This document shows, piece by piece, positions 1 to 13,984 of a stretch of 64,000 nucleotides of DNA. The DNA is from Yuukianura sp. NJ FZ-2021 (taxonomy: Eukaryota). Made by a program: the position numbers and the translations under genes. Location: assembly GCA_046563655.1 (NCBI GenBank), contig CM102283.1, positions 9,238,001 through 9,302,000 on the forward strand, written 5' to 3'. Under the pieces are notes generated by a model. The model was not told the DNA's origin and did not search any database. It worked only from the letters and a program-made list of their open reading frames with translations. Each line of letters starts with the position of its first letter. The stretch's first letter is position 1.

Positions 1-586
1 TTGTTCAGAGCCTCGTTGACCTTAAAATCAAACGAAAATTGACAATTTAGTGACGATTTGCAACATGGATGTTAGTTGTTCGCTGTTTTACCTTCCAAAC
101 CAAGTCGTCGTCACCGTCATCCTTGGGTTCTTGCATCCAAAAGAAAAGCTTCCTGGCGCTGACCTTGAACTTCAACAAGAATACTCGAGAGCCTTCCTTG
201 CATTGAGTCACCTTCTTGTACTCACAATCTAGAAATCAAATGTTAGAAATGAGAAATCAAAATCCATCGTTGATGACTTGCTGGAAGTCCTCATACCGTC
301 CGGAAACACGATCAGATCCTGGAAATACAAAATCCATTTTACAAGCTCAGCTTAATCCATATAAAAAGTCCAGAAATATGTGAGTCTTCAGACGACTTAC
401 ATCTTCAAGCGTTCCAGTCTTACGATCCTTCCAGCAAAAGTGAGTCAGACCATCTTCCGACTGGAAGATAAAGATCAGTCCTTTTCTCTTGTCAGGCGAA
501 ACCAAGTTGCCCACTTGATTCATCTTTCCAGCTCGGAACTCCACGATGTTCTTGGGTTGACGACCGCCCAACAGTCCTGAAGCCAT
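1..586 (-). CDS. ADRM1: Proteasomal ubiquitin receptor ADRM1/Rpn13, N-terminal Pru domain, partial (continues beyond the left edge)
   Basis: GT-AG exons 586-401, 318-297 (22-nt microexon), 228-92 and 20-<1 translate to [22 protein letters not shown]...[25 protein letters not shown]...EDDLIVFPDDCEYKKV...RVFLLKFK...[10 protein letters not shown]...VNEALN, the Rpn13 Pru-domain signature. Confidence 0.95.
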
Positions 587-3500
587 CTTTCCTTTCTGAA
601 AATTCGACAAGGAAAACATTTGTAACACTTTACTGAATCCTGACCTCAGTAACACCGCTCAATGACTGATTAATGAACTGTTCCAGCTTAATCAACGTCT
701 GTCTTCTCTGTGTCTACAGAGTCAGCTGTTCGTAAGGTCAGGGTCAAAGACCTGCCGAACAAAACGACTGCCATTTACGTATTACTTGTAAATCTAACTA
801 ACGCGTAATTAACTTTACCTGATATTGATTACTTGCAAAAAATTTCAGTTACACTTCGTAAATGATAAATCTCAGCTGAAAGTGTAGCCAATTTAATTAA
901 GGAGCAACGATTAATCACTTTTTTGAATTACTAATTGATAAAGAGGAGTAGCAGCAGATGACAAGTGAAAAATGAAAGTGAGGAAATGCGGGTAATTTTT
1001 TGTGCAACCCGCACCACCGGCTCTTTCCCCACCAAATCACCGCTGGGCATATTCACAAAATCATCATTTTCACACCTCCATGATGTTAAGCAGTTTATAA
1101 GTTAATTAATCTTGTAAACTTAATAATAGAAACTAATTAACTCAGTTTAGAGTGCTAAATATTGTATGATAGATTTACTAATGTTTAAGCAAAATCTTTA
1201 AGAAGTCTCAAATTCCCCAATTTTCGGGGATTCAAAATTCAAAATTTCCAAAAAGGCGCCAAAGTGTCATTTTTTTTGAACCGTGGCCTTGAAACCAACC
1301 GCCGACATTGACATTATTTCCTGTGTTGACGAAAATCGACAATTTGGGATGAAAATGTTAATTAATCGTTAATTAGCCAACCGTGGAACTTGCAGGTACA
1401 GGTTCCGGTCAGTTGATTCTCCACTCAGGTCAGTGCCGATCAGTATTGATAAACTTTCCGTAGATAAATTTTGAGGTTAACATAAAAGTTAGGCCGTTGT
1501 TCGTTGTAGACTTTGATTGCGCAAGGCAAACCGTACCGTACCGTAACGGCGATACCGATGCCGGTGCGGGACAAGTCGAAGGAATTCCAGTGTTACCGGT
1601 ACGTTCCAGTTTTGCTGTTGATGCCATTTCATTCATTTGTTCAGAAATTTGAACGTTGGTCTTGTCAATTCCATCTTTTGTTGTTTGTCAGGATGTTCAG
1701 TGCCAGCACAGCACCAGTCATGCTCTTCGCCAGAATCTAGCATGACTTGGAACGACGAAGTTTGTGGTGTCATGACTGTACTGCTTCTGCTGGTACAGAC
1801 AGCGTGATCTTTCGTAACCTCCTTTCCTCTCCTTTCATCTTCATGTTCTGGGTAAGGAAATACTTGTGTTTGTTCATTTTCTGGAGCAAGTTGGAGTCAA
1901 GCGATGTGTTTCTTTTCTTTTTTGGTGAATGGAATGAAGAGCGGAGATGAGATTAGACTGGCGCCGGTCCCCTCTTACCACCAACACCACCGTCGTCGTC
2001 ACATCTTCTGCCCTTATAACGGAAACTGTTCATAGGAAGCCTAAAGGATCTGGGAGCGTAGCACCAAGCTCAAAAGCAGTCATAGCGTCCAACATTCACA
2101 TCGCCAGATTACTCATCGCGAGCTGCAAGTTACAAAAACAGGCTGGCTCCACCACTTTACTGCACAACGTAATCCACCTTCCACACTCACTCCTTTTGTT
2201 GTCTACCAAGAGCACCAGGGAGAGGGGATTCCACACTTTGCTTTTTTTAAAACTCTGCCCATTACTCATTCTGTCTTTGTTTCGGCAGGAACGTACTACC
2301 ACTCGGCATAGTGTCATCCAATACCTCAACAGTGCTCTACTACAATCAATTAACATTACGTAACAAAACAAAAAAGAATCCAGCAGAAAATCCTGACAGT
2401 GGTAAGTTCACCATACAACTTAAAACGCAAGTCCAAAAATAAGTTGATCCTGATTTAAATTGGCGCAGTATGGATACAGATTGCTAATTTTAATACGCCT
2501 CTTGCGTTTTCATCCATTAAAAAAAAATCGGTGATTGGTTGATGGAGGCGGGAGAAATGAGAGACATAGCAATTAGCAATTGTTTTGATTCTCATCCGTT
2601 TGTTCACCCTCTGCATGCGATGTTGTGATGTTGATTTCTTTCTTTTTCAGCCAATCTACCTACGCATCCAAGCTTACAATTACTGATTTCCTTTTGTCTA
2701 TTTTCAGATCACAGTAATTGGAACGAACGCGACCAAGTTTGAAATCGGAGACAGAACTAAAACTTTTCAGAACCCGGAAAATGGGTTGGACCGGGTGACT
2801 TATTGTTTCTACAACATTTTTGTCTAAACCAATCAGAAGGCTTGTTACAATCAAGACATCCAACATAACTGGAGGTGCTACTGTGACTTTTAAGTTGTGA
2901 GTGCCATCAATCCCTAACTTTGTGCTTCCTTCATCAATCGATCCACGGTGACGTAACAGGTTGTTTTTGTTCCCTTACGCGTTCTATTCTCTGAATTAAC
3001 AAGGACAGCTTGAGGCGTAAACTGAGAATGGCTCAACAATCCTCTGAATCTTCAGAATGTTTGGCCTAGGAAGGAATTGAGCCACAAGAAACAAGAATAG
3101 GCAGACCAACCACCTTACAGAATCAGAACTGCAGTCTATTGTCACCTTAAGAAGATCTCTACTTTCTTGTTTCTGCTCAGAAAATGTGGTGATGACTTGT
3201 TAAAGTTCTGTAATGCACTTCAGAGTTAATTACTATTCGTCCACAACTACCAGTACAACAAACTACTCTGCAAGTTCAGTCAAACCAACAACAACAGCAT
3301 CAGACTTCTTCACCTCTGCAGTCTCAGGTCATCTTGTCAACTTATTCCTAAGGAAGCTTGATTCATTTTTTACTTCTTATGGAATGTAGAACTCATGACG
3401 ACTAAAGAAGACTTGTTCAAGTCAAGGATATTTCTGCAACTACCGACAAATAGTGTACTGCACATTTTCAGTTTTAAGTTGCAACTTTTAACAAAAGTTG

Positions 3501-6500
3501 AACAAGTATCGTAGATAAGTTCATCTTTTGTATCAGTTTTCAATTGTGAAAGTGAACAATTAATCTACGTCCACCACACCAGTTAACCTACACGGTTACA
3601 ATTCTTAGAGTGTCAAAATGAGGCGGAGAACTCGAGGTGAGAAATTCTTCTTTGTTTCTAACCATGCGCACTCAATTAATGGTTTAAGGCTGCTACTAAA
3701 CTAAAATGTTAACCTTGTCACACGTTATTGACTAGGTCATCATGAACTTAATGTGTAGCTTGTCTTGTCACAGAGTCTGAAGGTTTCCTAATTCCTTTTC
3801 TTGTTCATTTGGCATTGATTTTTGTCAATTTTTCACAGTCGAATGTTGAAAATCTTTCAATTCCGCTTGCTTTTGTGCTAAAACGGATTTTTGGATTTCT
3901 ATTTTTTAGTGCCAGAAAAAGAGAAGTTTAAAAGTAAAAACTAAAATTATGATTTTTTTCTTAAATTGTAAGTGACCGATTATCTGGGTGTTGGAAACTG
4001 GCATTCCTCTGTTTTTTTTTTGGAAAGTTGCTTCTGGGCATGGGTTTAAGGGCTCCTTCCTGGACACTCAAGGGCCCCCTATTCATTTGAAGGGATCTTA
4101 ATTTCTGGGTATCTTGATCCCAGTTAGTACTCAAGGCACTCCGTTTTGAAAATTGTTAAGCAAAAAAGCGGTTTTGGTAGACGGAGTTTTTGAACAACTC
4201 CGACGTCAGTCTGACCATTAACTTTTTTTGGGTTTTGAAATTTTTGAGTCGATGCCTTTTCTATTTAAGTTGTAAGGTTGTTTTGAGGGGGTACCCTTAA
4301 GGGCTCTCCTCGTCAGCCTAAAAATATCATGAGGGAATCCCTTTTAGTTTGCTCAAACAAAATACAAAACTATCACCACTTCCACTGGCTCCCTTCTTCA
4401 TTTTACAATTGGATATTTTTTGTTCTTAAATTCTTGGCTGAGGTCCCTTGAAGGGCCTCTGGCTTCAACCAAGGCAGCCTTGGGAAAAGGGCAGCCAAAA
4501 ACAGCAGCTCCCAATACCAAAACACAAAAAAAATCAAGAAATACAAAGAAAAAAAAAATTCAAACAATTTCTGGAAGACGAAGAGAAAAAGAGAAAATCA
4601 ATGTTCAATGTTCACTTAACAAGTTTTTGAGAAGTTTACAAATCTTAAAATTTTGAACAAAATTTTGAAAACTAAAATTTTGAACTTTTGTGTTATGTAT
4701 TTAAGTTGAAAAGTTATGATTTTTGTCAAATAGTCTGTGTACATAAGTTAATGAGGAGCAAAAGATCTTTGTAACTTCTAAGTTCTCCCCACTTCCGGTT
4801 ATTTCTGCTTCTTTGTTTTATGTGTTCAAACTCTCAGAAAAAAGTATTATAATTTTGAAGTCATTGCTCCATGTCCATTCTTGTTTTTGTATGTATGTGT
4901 GTGGTAAAGAATTGACTTTTTAGTAGATATTTAATTTTAGACAGATAACTTTTGGTGCATCCGCTTGCTTTTCTTGTACTCTTTTGTGGTTTTTCAATTC
5001 CATTCACAAAGTTTTAATCAAGTGCAGAACTAAACTTCTTTGGTTTAGAAATGATCATGAGGTTTTGTCTTTTGCGTGCTAAAGACTATGTATAGTGGCT
5101 ATGAAATTGGCAAAAATTCAAAATTGGTCATATGTTTTTATCAGAGTGTTGGATATGAAGTAGACATTGGAGTGTAGACAAAGGATTTTTAGACGAAGCA
5201 TAAAAAATGAAGTGGATGAGTTTTCTTTTGGTTAACACTAAATTTGTGACGTTATTTGTTAAAATTTGAATGGATTTTAGAGTTGTGTGCCAAATGAGAA
5301 ATCACGGCATACAGAGTTTGAGAGTTTCTTATGTACTTTGAAAAATTATGTTGACTTTGACGTTTTTATGTATTTTTAGCACACGGGAGTGGAATTTGTG
5401 CATAGTTAGACAGGGTTTAGTCAATCTGTTTACGTTTTTTTGAAATTATCATTTTGAATTGCGTTTTGGAGGTGATGCGAGTGCAAAAATTTATGACTAC
5501 TAGAGAAGTTGTGCAGTTTAAATTTTGATACCGGTAGCAGTAGATTTTAGATTAATGTGATTTGATTGGTACTTTGGAAGGTGGTAAAAACAAGTTACTA
5601 GTGTTAGTGGTATTATCATTAATTGTCCTATTGTTAAACCTCGTGATTACCAACAGGCCTGATAACAGTCCAAACTGTTTGTTTTTGTAACTCAATGATC
5701 AGGCATGTCAAAAATATTTAGCCTCCATCCTAGTTATGTTTGTTTTTCTAACTAAATATCTATTTATTTCCTCATGTAATTAAAAAAATGTTTCCGTTTT
5801 TTACTAAATATTCATTTTTTTTCCCGTATGCCGTTACTGCTAACAAAAAAATTTCAGTTTTTTAAAGAAAATATTTCTTTCATCATGCCCTTACAGTTAA
5901 ATAATTAAATATTTGGGTAATTTAGAAAAACAATTTGTTAATCTATATTTTATTTTTGGGTTTTGGGACATATTTTTGACATCCCTGATAATGACGAATG
6001 ACGTTAGGTTGCGTACGGCTGAAATTGTGGCTTATTTTTGGGAGTTTTGATGGCGTAACTTGAGAAACTGAAGAATTTGATGCATGACGAAGCCACGATT
6101 TTTTTTTCGTGCGAGAGACTGGGATGATGTCGTCTTGTACTTTGTTGTGCACTGCAGAAAAAGAGATTTAAATGGGGGTTTCCTCGTTTGGTTTCCTTTG
6201 GCACAGGGGAAGTAATGCCTCCTAGTGCTGATGCTGATGCTGGTCATTGGCAAAAGATACAAAAAAAGTGGGCGTCTTGTTGGCGTGGTTGTTTTTGTGC
6301 TGTTAAGGTCTTTGAATCACAGGGGGCATTTGGAATTAAATGCAAGGGTACATTTCAAAATTCCAATTCAAAAAAAGTGTAAAAAGAGGGGTGAGATTTC
6401 CTCATTGTCTGCAGGTTACTTTAGTATATTCTATGTTCAGATGTACTTTACCATAGTGTAGTCTATGTTATATGTTATGCTGAGATGTACTTTGCCAATT

Positions 6501-7636
6501 AGGTGGTAGGTGGTTATGGTGTGAGTAGACACTTTGAACTGTGAGTTGTTATGTAGATGCGTCATAATTTCCAATTCAACTTTTCTGCTACATAGTAAGT
6601 ACTTGTAGTAGTTATATTGACTTTTTGGCGAAATGAGTGGCTAGATGTTTATAAAGAGTGGATTAACAAGTTATCGATTTTGTGCAAATTTGAAGAAGCT
6701 GGATAGTAGTAGAACTCGTTTTGACAATTTTGTTTTCCTTGTGTAGAAGAGGAGAAACTTAAAGTTATTTGGAGGAGTTGTGAAAGATTTTTGCTAATAT
6801 GATATTAACAAAAACTAGTGTTGATATGCAGCATGAGAGATTAGAGGATGAGGGGGCGGGGCTTAAATGGCTGGAAACAGTTCCAGCGTCAGTTCTGCCT
6901 AAAGTGAGGGATGTTAATTGTGGATTGGAATTTAATCCACCCTGCCCCTGCCTTAAGGATGGGTAGATGCTGCTAAAAATGTTGAGTGCTTGAGGGATAA
7001 TGGTTGTGGTTATTGGGAGTATGTGGTAGGTTGTGGAAGATACTGGCAGTATGATTAGGGTGATGATGCTGTTCTATTGTTTTGTGTCATGGGATGGAGA
7101 TAGGGGAATACTCGAGTTGTACATGTGTGATGTAGCACGGTGCAATATGGTCGTGGTTTTTGTATTTTGAGAAACCGCATGTGAAGGTGGTGAGAGTGCT
7201 GAATGGAGAATATGGTTTGGTATTTGGTTAGGTTGATTGACTGTTGTGAGTCATGCTTTTATGCCAATGTGAGTGACAAAAGTACTACGTATTAAAAGTG
7301 CACGTTTTTTATGGGCAGAATTTTACAGTTGATTCGAATCGTAAAGAGAGATAATGAACTTAATACGGGGGGAGGAGGGAGGATGTAAATAAGTTGTAAA
7401 AACAAAAGTTAGAATCAGACAATAATTTAGGGACATGGTTTGTGTAATACATGCAAAAAATAGTTTAAAACAGGCGAAATATTTAAATATTGAATATTTT
7501 TAATCAAAAACCTTAAAATATTTTGCTTAATTAACATTAAGGGCATGGGAAAACCAATAAATATTTAGTAATAAAAAAGCCCAAAATATTCATTTTGCTG
7601 ACATTACGGGCATGGAAGCTAAATATTTTTTTCATC

Positions 7637-7798
7637 TTATGAGCCAGGATATAGGGTACATTTTGGATTTCTTATGATAGAGTGATGTTGTGTGAGTTAT
7701 GAGGCAGGATTTAGGGTAGCTTTTGGGTTTGGTAGACATTTAATACAGGGACAGGATGCGGGTTATGAGCCAGGATTTAGGGTACATTTTGGATTTTG
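7637..7798. repeat. Three dispersed ~35-bp direct repeats
   Basis: TTATGAGCCAGGAT(A/T)TAGGGTACATTTTGGATT near 7637 and 7764, with a diverged copy near 7697. Confidence 0.7.
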
Positions 7799-10700
7799 TA
7801 ATGGGAAAGACATAAGTAATGAATGGAGGTGAAATATTTTGGGAAATTGGAAATGTTTTTGATGAAAAGTTGGATTCTGGGTATTTTTGTGTTTGTTGTG
7901 TGTTTCTTAGGAGAGTGAGAATGACAGTTGAGACCGTGGGCGAAGGTGGCAGTATTTTGTTGATTCTGGGAAAAGTTGCGTTGCTTGGTTACAAAAATAA
8001 GGTAGAAGTGAGATGGATTCTGGAGTTTCTTGATAATTGGATGAAATTGGAGATGCAGGGAGTTCTGGGAAGAGGAAGAATGAGAGATGCTGGACAAGAG
8101 TGGTGGATGCTGACATGCTTTGGGTTTATGACGCAGGGCTATTCATTTTTAGGTTAGGCAACTTAGCTTTAGGTTTTCATCTTGAGATGTTTGGGGGTCA
8201 AGGGGGCGGGGCAAGCATGGTGCAGCAGCAGGTAATTTTCGGCAGCAGCCGAAAACACTTTTTTGATCAAGTCTCAAAACAGCGTGCTGCACGAACAAAC
8301 TTCAGTTTCAAAACAAAAGTTTTTAATTTTTGATTTTTTTGAAAATGTCAATGATTTAAGAAGCTGTCAATCGCCTACGTTAAGGAAAAAGTAAATGTTG
8401 AATTAGACTAGTAATAAAAATGTTTTGCAGATGCAATTCAACAGATGCCAACAAAAATTTGAAATCCGTGTTGTAAAAATTGTGCAATGGAAAAAGCTGT
8501 GGGATTAAAATTAAATTTTGTTTATGTTATTAAAAACAGAACTTTTAGAATACTGAAAATGGAATGTTGTTGAGTGAGTGCCAATTTGGACCAAAGAAGC
8601 AGAACTGCAGAACCTTGATTTAAAAAAAACTGTTTAAAAACTTTTTTCTTTGAATCTAGCGCTTCATTGTGCTGTTGGTTTTAAGGTATTTAGTGACGTC
8701 AGATTTCTGTCGTGTGGACTAATAAAACATTTTTTAAACTTTTTTAAAAAGATTTTTTAAGAAACTTGGCTTGTGTTTGTGCGAAATTTTGATGTGGGAA
8801 ATGAGATTAAATGAGGAAAAAATAAGTTGGCTTTGTTAGTACGTGAGAACGAAAAGCGGAAAAGTGGCGTCAAATATACACACACTTTTGAAGTTTGAAA
8901 ACTGGCAGAAAAAGAGTAAAGTTGAAAAAAAGTAGAGTAAGATGAATTAAGGTAACTCCTCAAGCGATGGTTTTGCACTTGAGGTTAGGTTCAAGGTAAC
9001 TTTTTTTTTGCACAGATGAATGACGAGGTTTGAGTTTCAAATTTCTGTGAGGTAGAAGAGTAGTACGAAGCCAAGAAAGTTGTTTTTGCAAACGAAAAAA
9101 AAAAGAACGACGCAGTTGGTCTTGAATCACTAGTACTGAAACTGATTTTTTGCGAGTTTACTATCTTCCTGTGTCTTTTTTGCAAACTTTGCTTTTGTAT
9201 AGGCTCCACTGACTCCTCGTCAGCAGTGTTCACCCTTCATACAAATTAAAAGTTAACCTCAAGCTATTAAGTTGGATTTTGCCTCAAGACTTGTTTTTTG
9301 CACTTGCTACTTGCAGATGAAATGCTAACTTACTATGGATTTGTACAAACTGCTAGAAATGATTCACGGTTGGGTGGGAAATTGTTGCTAGAAAAATAAT
9401 TATGAGAATTTTGAAAATCTTACAAGATAGTAACTAACCAAAGCTGAATTTAAATTAACGTATAGTTTTAGTTTAATGTTTAGTAGTTTTTTTTTTTCAG
9501 AAAAGTTATGTTTTTTTAGAATGTTTATTTTTTTGTGACGTAATAGAGTGTTTGTGAAATTATGTTCCAGGGCTGTGGATACGATGACTTTGCCAAATTG
9601 CCATGCATTCTTCAATTTAAAATGAAGATGAGAAGTTCCAAAGGTCGTTGGGTATAAAGAATAGGCGGAGTTAGGAATTGTTAGTTCATTTTTTATTGCA
9701 AATTTACTCTAACAAATAAAGTTCAAAGTGGTTTGTCTAGTTAGTTAAAGATTAAGGATGGATAGTTGCAGAAAAACAAAGTTTAAATATGAACAAAAAA
9801 GTAGAATTGTAGAGTTCAAGGAGGCAGTTGAGAAAGTAATACATAACAAAGAAATGTGCTGATTGGTCATTTCGTGTGCCTTTTTTGCTTAAAGTGAAAA
9901 ACATGTACTTGTATGTACGTATGTGTCAGCCAACCTTTCATTTACCTTAGGGCAATAATTATATACCAATGTCATTGACGGACTGACGTTGTGCTAAAGT
10001 AGTATAAAAAGATGTTTGGGACTTTTGTCAATAATTTTTTAGAAAGTGTTTAACTTTTTTTCTTTCGTTTTTTACTATTTGACTAATTTTTGTTGTAACT
10101 GCGAGTTTAATCTGAATTTATTTTTTGAGAGTGACGCAACCTCTCTAATAGACTTTGCTCTTAGAATTTTTTTTTTGAAGTTTTGTTTTTTCGTGGCCTT
10201 GTGTTTGAGTTTGTAGTTGATGTTTGGAGATACGGATTATAAAGTTATGACGAATCTAGAAAAAAGTTAAGGATGTGTGAATATTAAGTCATTGTTGTCC
10301 CATTGTCCACGTTCTTCCTTTTTAGAAACCAGTTTGCCCTAAGTTTTTGTAAAAAGTTATTAGAGACGTTGCGTCATTTAGCAATAATCACAAGGTTGTT
10401 CACAAGATCACCACTCATGCGATTTGATGCGCCTGCGTGCTGTGTCAAACTGTCTGTGTCCGAACGTAATGAAGTTAACATGAGGGAGCTAAACTGCATG
10501 GGCTTCTTAAAAGTTATACCTAACCTGTGTTAAGCTAACAACGTTGGTTATTTGCGTTTCAAATGACGTCAGGTCAAGTGAGAATGGACTGATGAGTTTC
10601 TGTTATCTTTGGATTTACTTGGACCTAATTGCTTTCTGCTCTAGACTTTAAAAGCGTCACTAAAATTAGGTGCTTATGAAGTTAACTATTTCGTTAGTTA

Positions 10701-12864
10701 AAGTTAAATAAATGGACTCTTCTGAGCAGCCACGTAAGTTGGTTGCTAGGTTGTGAAGTGGAGTAGTTGATGACAAGGTATTATATTAAAAGCTGTGTAC
10801 TGTGTGAGTCATATGGTGAGCCGTAGTTGAAGTGAGGATTGTCCATTTCCATGCAGGATTGGCACTAACACAAACCCAAAGTCACATTCTGTTTATCATT
10901 TCAAGATTAAACTAGTTGACCTCTGCTCTAAAACTTTTCTACAATTTAGCTTATGTTAAAGTTGAGGTTAAATTTTGAGGCGCCAGGACTTAAATTCTGA
11001 TGAAAAGTGGTGTTTTTAGGGGAATTGCATGAGTGAATGATTCGTACCAGCAGGTTGAGTTTTTTGTTTCTGTGAAAGGAGATTGTTGCGTGTGCAAATA
11101 AAGCACAGAGGGTGTATCGATTAGTCAAAGTCTACAAAGGCTAACGCTCAGACTAGACTTTTAGGCTCTTTTTAGGCTTTTGCCGGGTTTTTCGGGGAAA
11201 GAGAAGCGGGTAGTAGTAGTGACGAGAGGTAGGAAACACCGCTGCTCAAGGATTTTCGGATGACTCATAGACTCCAAGCCAATTTTGGCCATTGGCCACT
11301 TTTTTTTGTTCCGAATGAAAAGCAGCTCGTGATTCCAGACGTACCTCAACAGTTGAACTGGAATTTCAATAAGCTTTTTTTCAGCAAAGTTAGGGAATGC
11401 GCAACTTTGAGACACTTTTTAGTAGAAAATCTATTTGCCACTGCGTCAGAATAAACAACCTGTCTATTGTCCAGGATTTTTTTTTGTATACTCTGGATCA
11501 TCTCAACATTGGTCAATGTCCGATTTATCTTTTTTAGAATGTTTACTATATGTGAAGATGTCAACAAAAGTTTATATTCTCTAGAGTTTCCCAAGGGCTT
11601 GAAAACGTCTGCAGATTGCATGAGTGCACAATGTCTCCAACTTTTTTTGTAGTTTACTTTATAGTCTATGCATATTTGTTGTTGTGTTGTGTGTTTTTTG
11701 GCTCGAACGTTTGAACTTGTTTGTAGACAAAGAAAATATAAAGTGGAGTTATTAGGGAAATCCTGCTAAAAAGGAATTATTGACTGTAGGAATGATTTGG
11801 AGTTGCAGTGTGTATAGTCGTAAACATGCAGTAGTACAAAAAATTAGCAAAGTGGTTTGTAGATAATGATGCTGGTTTAGTGATGATGACGATGATGATC
11901 ACTTGAGCAAAGTTTTGTCCAAGTCCAGTTCTCTTTCAATCGGTTGAATGTTAACAGTGTGTCTATAGTCGTCAGTGACAAAACACGAAAGTTTCATTCC
12001 AACGAAAAATAAAAAGTTGAAGTTTTTAGTTGAAGTTGTAGTTTAATTGTTGTTTTGTGGTTCAAGAGTTTAGTTTACTGCATAATATAAGGGTGTGTGA
12101 AGACATGTTTTATGATTTTAGTGGTGACGTATCCTCATCAGTGAGTAGTTGTGCTTTTTAGTTAGTTTCAAGTCTAAGGTCATCCAGTTTTGTTTTTGAA
12201 TTTAGTTAGTTAAGGTGTACTGTTTGAGATGAGGAACTCTGCAAAACCAAATCGTAAGTTGAAGTTTGAATTTGAAATTAGCAATTATACAGTTCATGTA
12301 GTACAATGTAGATCGTACACGTAAGTGGTGATGCATAGGAAATTAATGCAAGGAAGCACTTTGGGCTGTACAGTTTTTAGTTACAATCTTGAGTAAAAGT
12401 GAAGCTAACAAGCATAACTTTACATTGGGTGCTGGAAAATAATGAAGTTGAGTATAAAATTTGTGTTGATGCGTGGCAAGTCAAAAAGTGGAAAATAATT
12501 TCGTCACAACATCTTTATCTATTTGCTTGGATTATCCCAACTTCTCTATAACTTGTAAATTTATACGCTGGAACAGGGACTAAAAAGTAGCGAAAGTTCA
12601 AGTTTTTTGAAAAGTCTAAAAAAAAGTTGATCCTTGTTGGTTTTGAGTATGCTATGCTTGGAAGTGTTTGTTTTTGAAGCGATTGGCAGAAGTGTTCCTC
12701 ATGCCATGAATAATAATGCGAAGTCTACGAACTTAACTTTATGACTGTGATAGATCTTTTACTCAACTAAAACTGGCTCAAGTTGTAAAAAAATGTTTTA
12801 GTCATACTGTATTAACTGTTTTTAAAACATTTTTTTAAAAAGTTTTTTGTTGTAAAATTTGCAG

Positions 12865-12910
12865 GTCGTGGCCGTGGGGGAGCTCGCGGCGGAGGAAGTA
12901 CAAGCTCAAG
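12865..12910 (+). CDS. shn: Candidate 46-nt upstream schnurri microexon (GRGRGGARGGGSTSSR)
   Basis: GC-rich island flanked by tttgcag and gtaaat. Its phase-2 end joins the 13985 exon in frame. Confidence 0.55.
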
Positions 12911-13659
12911 GTAAATTGGAATCAAATTTTAATTGTAAATTTTTCCTTGACTTTTGTGTGTGAGTGACGGTAAAGTTTGAGAAGTTTTGTGTTACAAAAG
13001 GTTCTAAATTCAGAGAAGTTGAATGGATTTATTTTTAAAAGCAGATTCATGATTCCGATTGTAGATTTTAGATTAGGAAAGAAGCAGCCAAAATATTGCG
13101 AAATTCAATTTTGAGAACCAAAAGTTGAATAATTTGTGTTTTCGTAGTAAAACTTAAACTTTAGCGTTTCCTTTGATTTTTTTGAGAATTGTGTGACGAT
13201 ATTCTTGTAACTTCGTAGAATCAATTGCATTTTGACATGTTTCTTGGTTCTTGGTTTTCAGCATTAAGTTTAAATAATAATTAGTGAGCAATTAAATTTC
13301 AGTGAAACCGGTTTCTGTTAAGAATTCAATGTAATAATGGTGTTCCCCGAAGTCGCTTCTTTTTTGAAGTGGTTTATGTGGTTTGAAGAGCCACATACAA
13401 AGTGTTATATGGGCAGTGACGATGTTGGTGTTAAAACGTAAAGTGTATGAAAAATGAAAAAAAAATGATGATGTTATGATATTTCCCTATGGAGTTCCTG
13501 GAATCTCAACATCGATTTCTATGCAATTTGAGTCACTCGTAATCTAAATGCTCACCACGTTTGCAATTGATTTGAGCTCAATAGTTTTTTGTTGACGTTG
13601 AAAGTGAACTGAAGTGGGTGTCAATGTCAATTGGTATGGTGTGACTGATTACACTTTTG

Positions 13660-13970
13660 AAATTATTAATTACCAATGAATTATTTTTATTGAATTACAT
13701 GTACCGTGAATTACTTTTATTGAATTTCTTGTAGGAAATGTTTCATTGAAATACTTGTACTCTGAATTGCTTTCACTGAATTATTGAGTTACTTGTACCA
13801 TGAATTTACTTTTATTGAAGTAATTATTGAATTACTTCACTATGAATTATTTCATGGAATTATTCGAACTATGAATTATCTTTTATGGATTAGGTACTTA
13901 TTGAATTACTTGTACTATGAATTACTTCTATTGAATTACTTATTGAATTATGTCTTATTGAAATACTTTT
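13660..13970. repeat. Degenerate AT-rich minisatellite (core TGAATTAC, ~30-bp higher-order unit) just upstream of the schnurri acceptor at 13984
   Basis: Repeated TTATTGAATTACTTGTAC(C/T)ATGAATTAC variants. It explains the low-complexity ORF 13784-13993. Confidence 0.8.
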
Positions 13971-13984
13971 GTTTTTTGTTCCAG

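Noticed and set aside
1528-1606. (ACCGT)3 and partial inverted repeat as a MITE or miRNA hairpin
   Set aside because: Pairing is short and imperfect, with no TIR/TSD and no second copy in the window.
4202-4213. GACGTC-AGTCTG as a Mad/Medea/Schnurri silencer element
   Set aside because: The consensus GRCGNC-N5-GTCTG needs a 5-nt spacer, and here it is 1 nt.
1430-11652. Many 60-138 aa ORFs upstream of schnurri
   Set aside because: No recognisable domains, composition mirrors AT-rich DNA (F/K/L-rich), and many start at TTG/GTG. Best explained as UTR or intron sequence.
13660-13970. Possible CRISPR-like array
   Set aside because: Degenerate tandem units with no unique spacers, inside a eukaryotic intron, with no cas genes.
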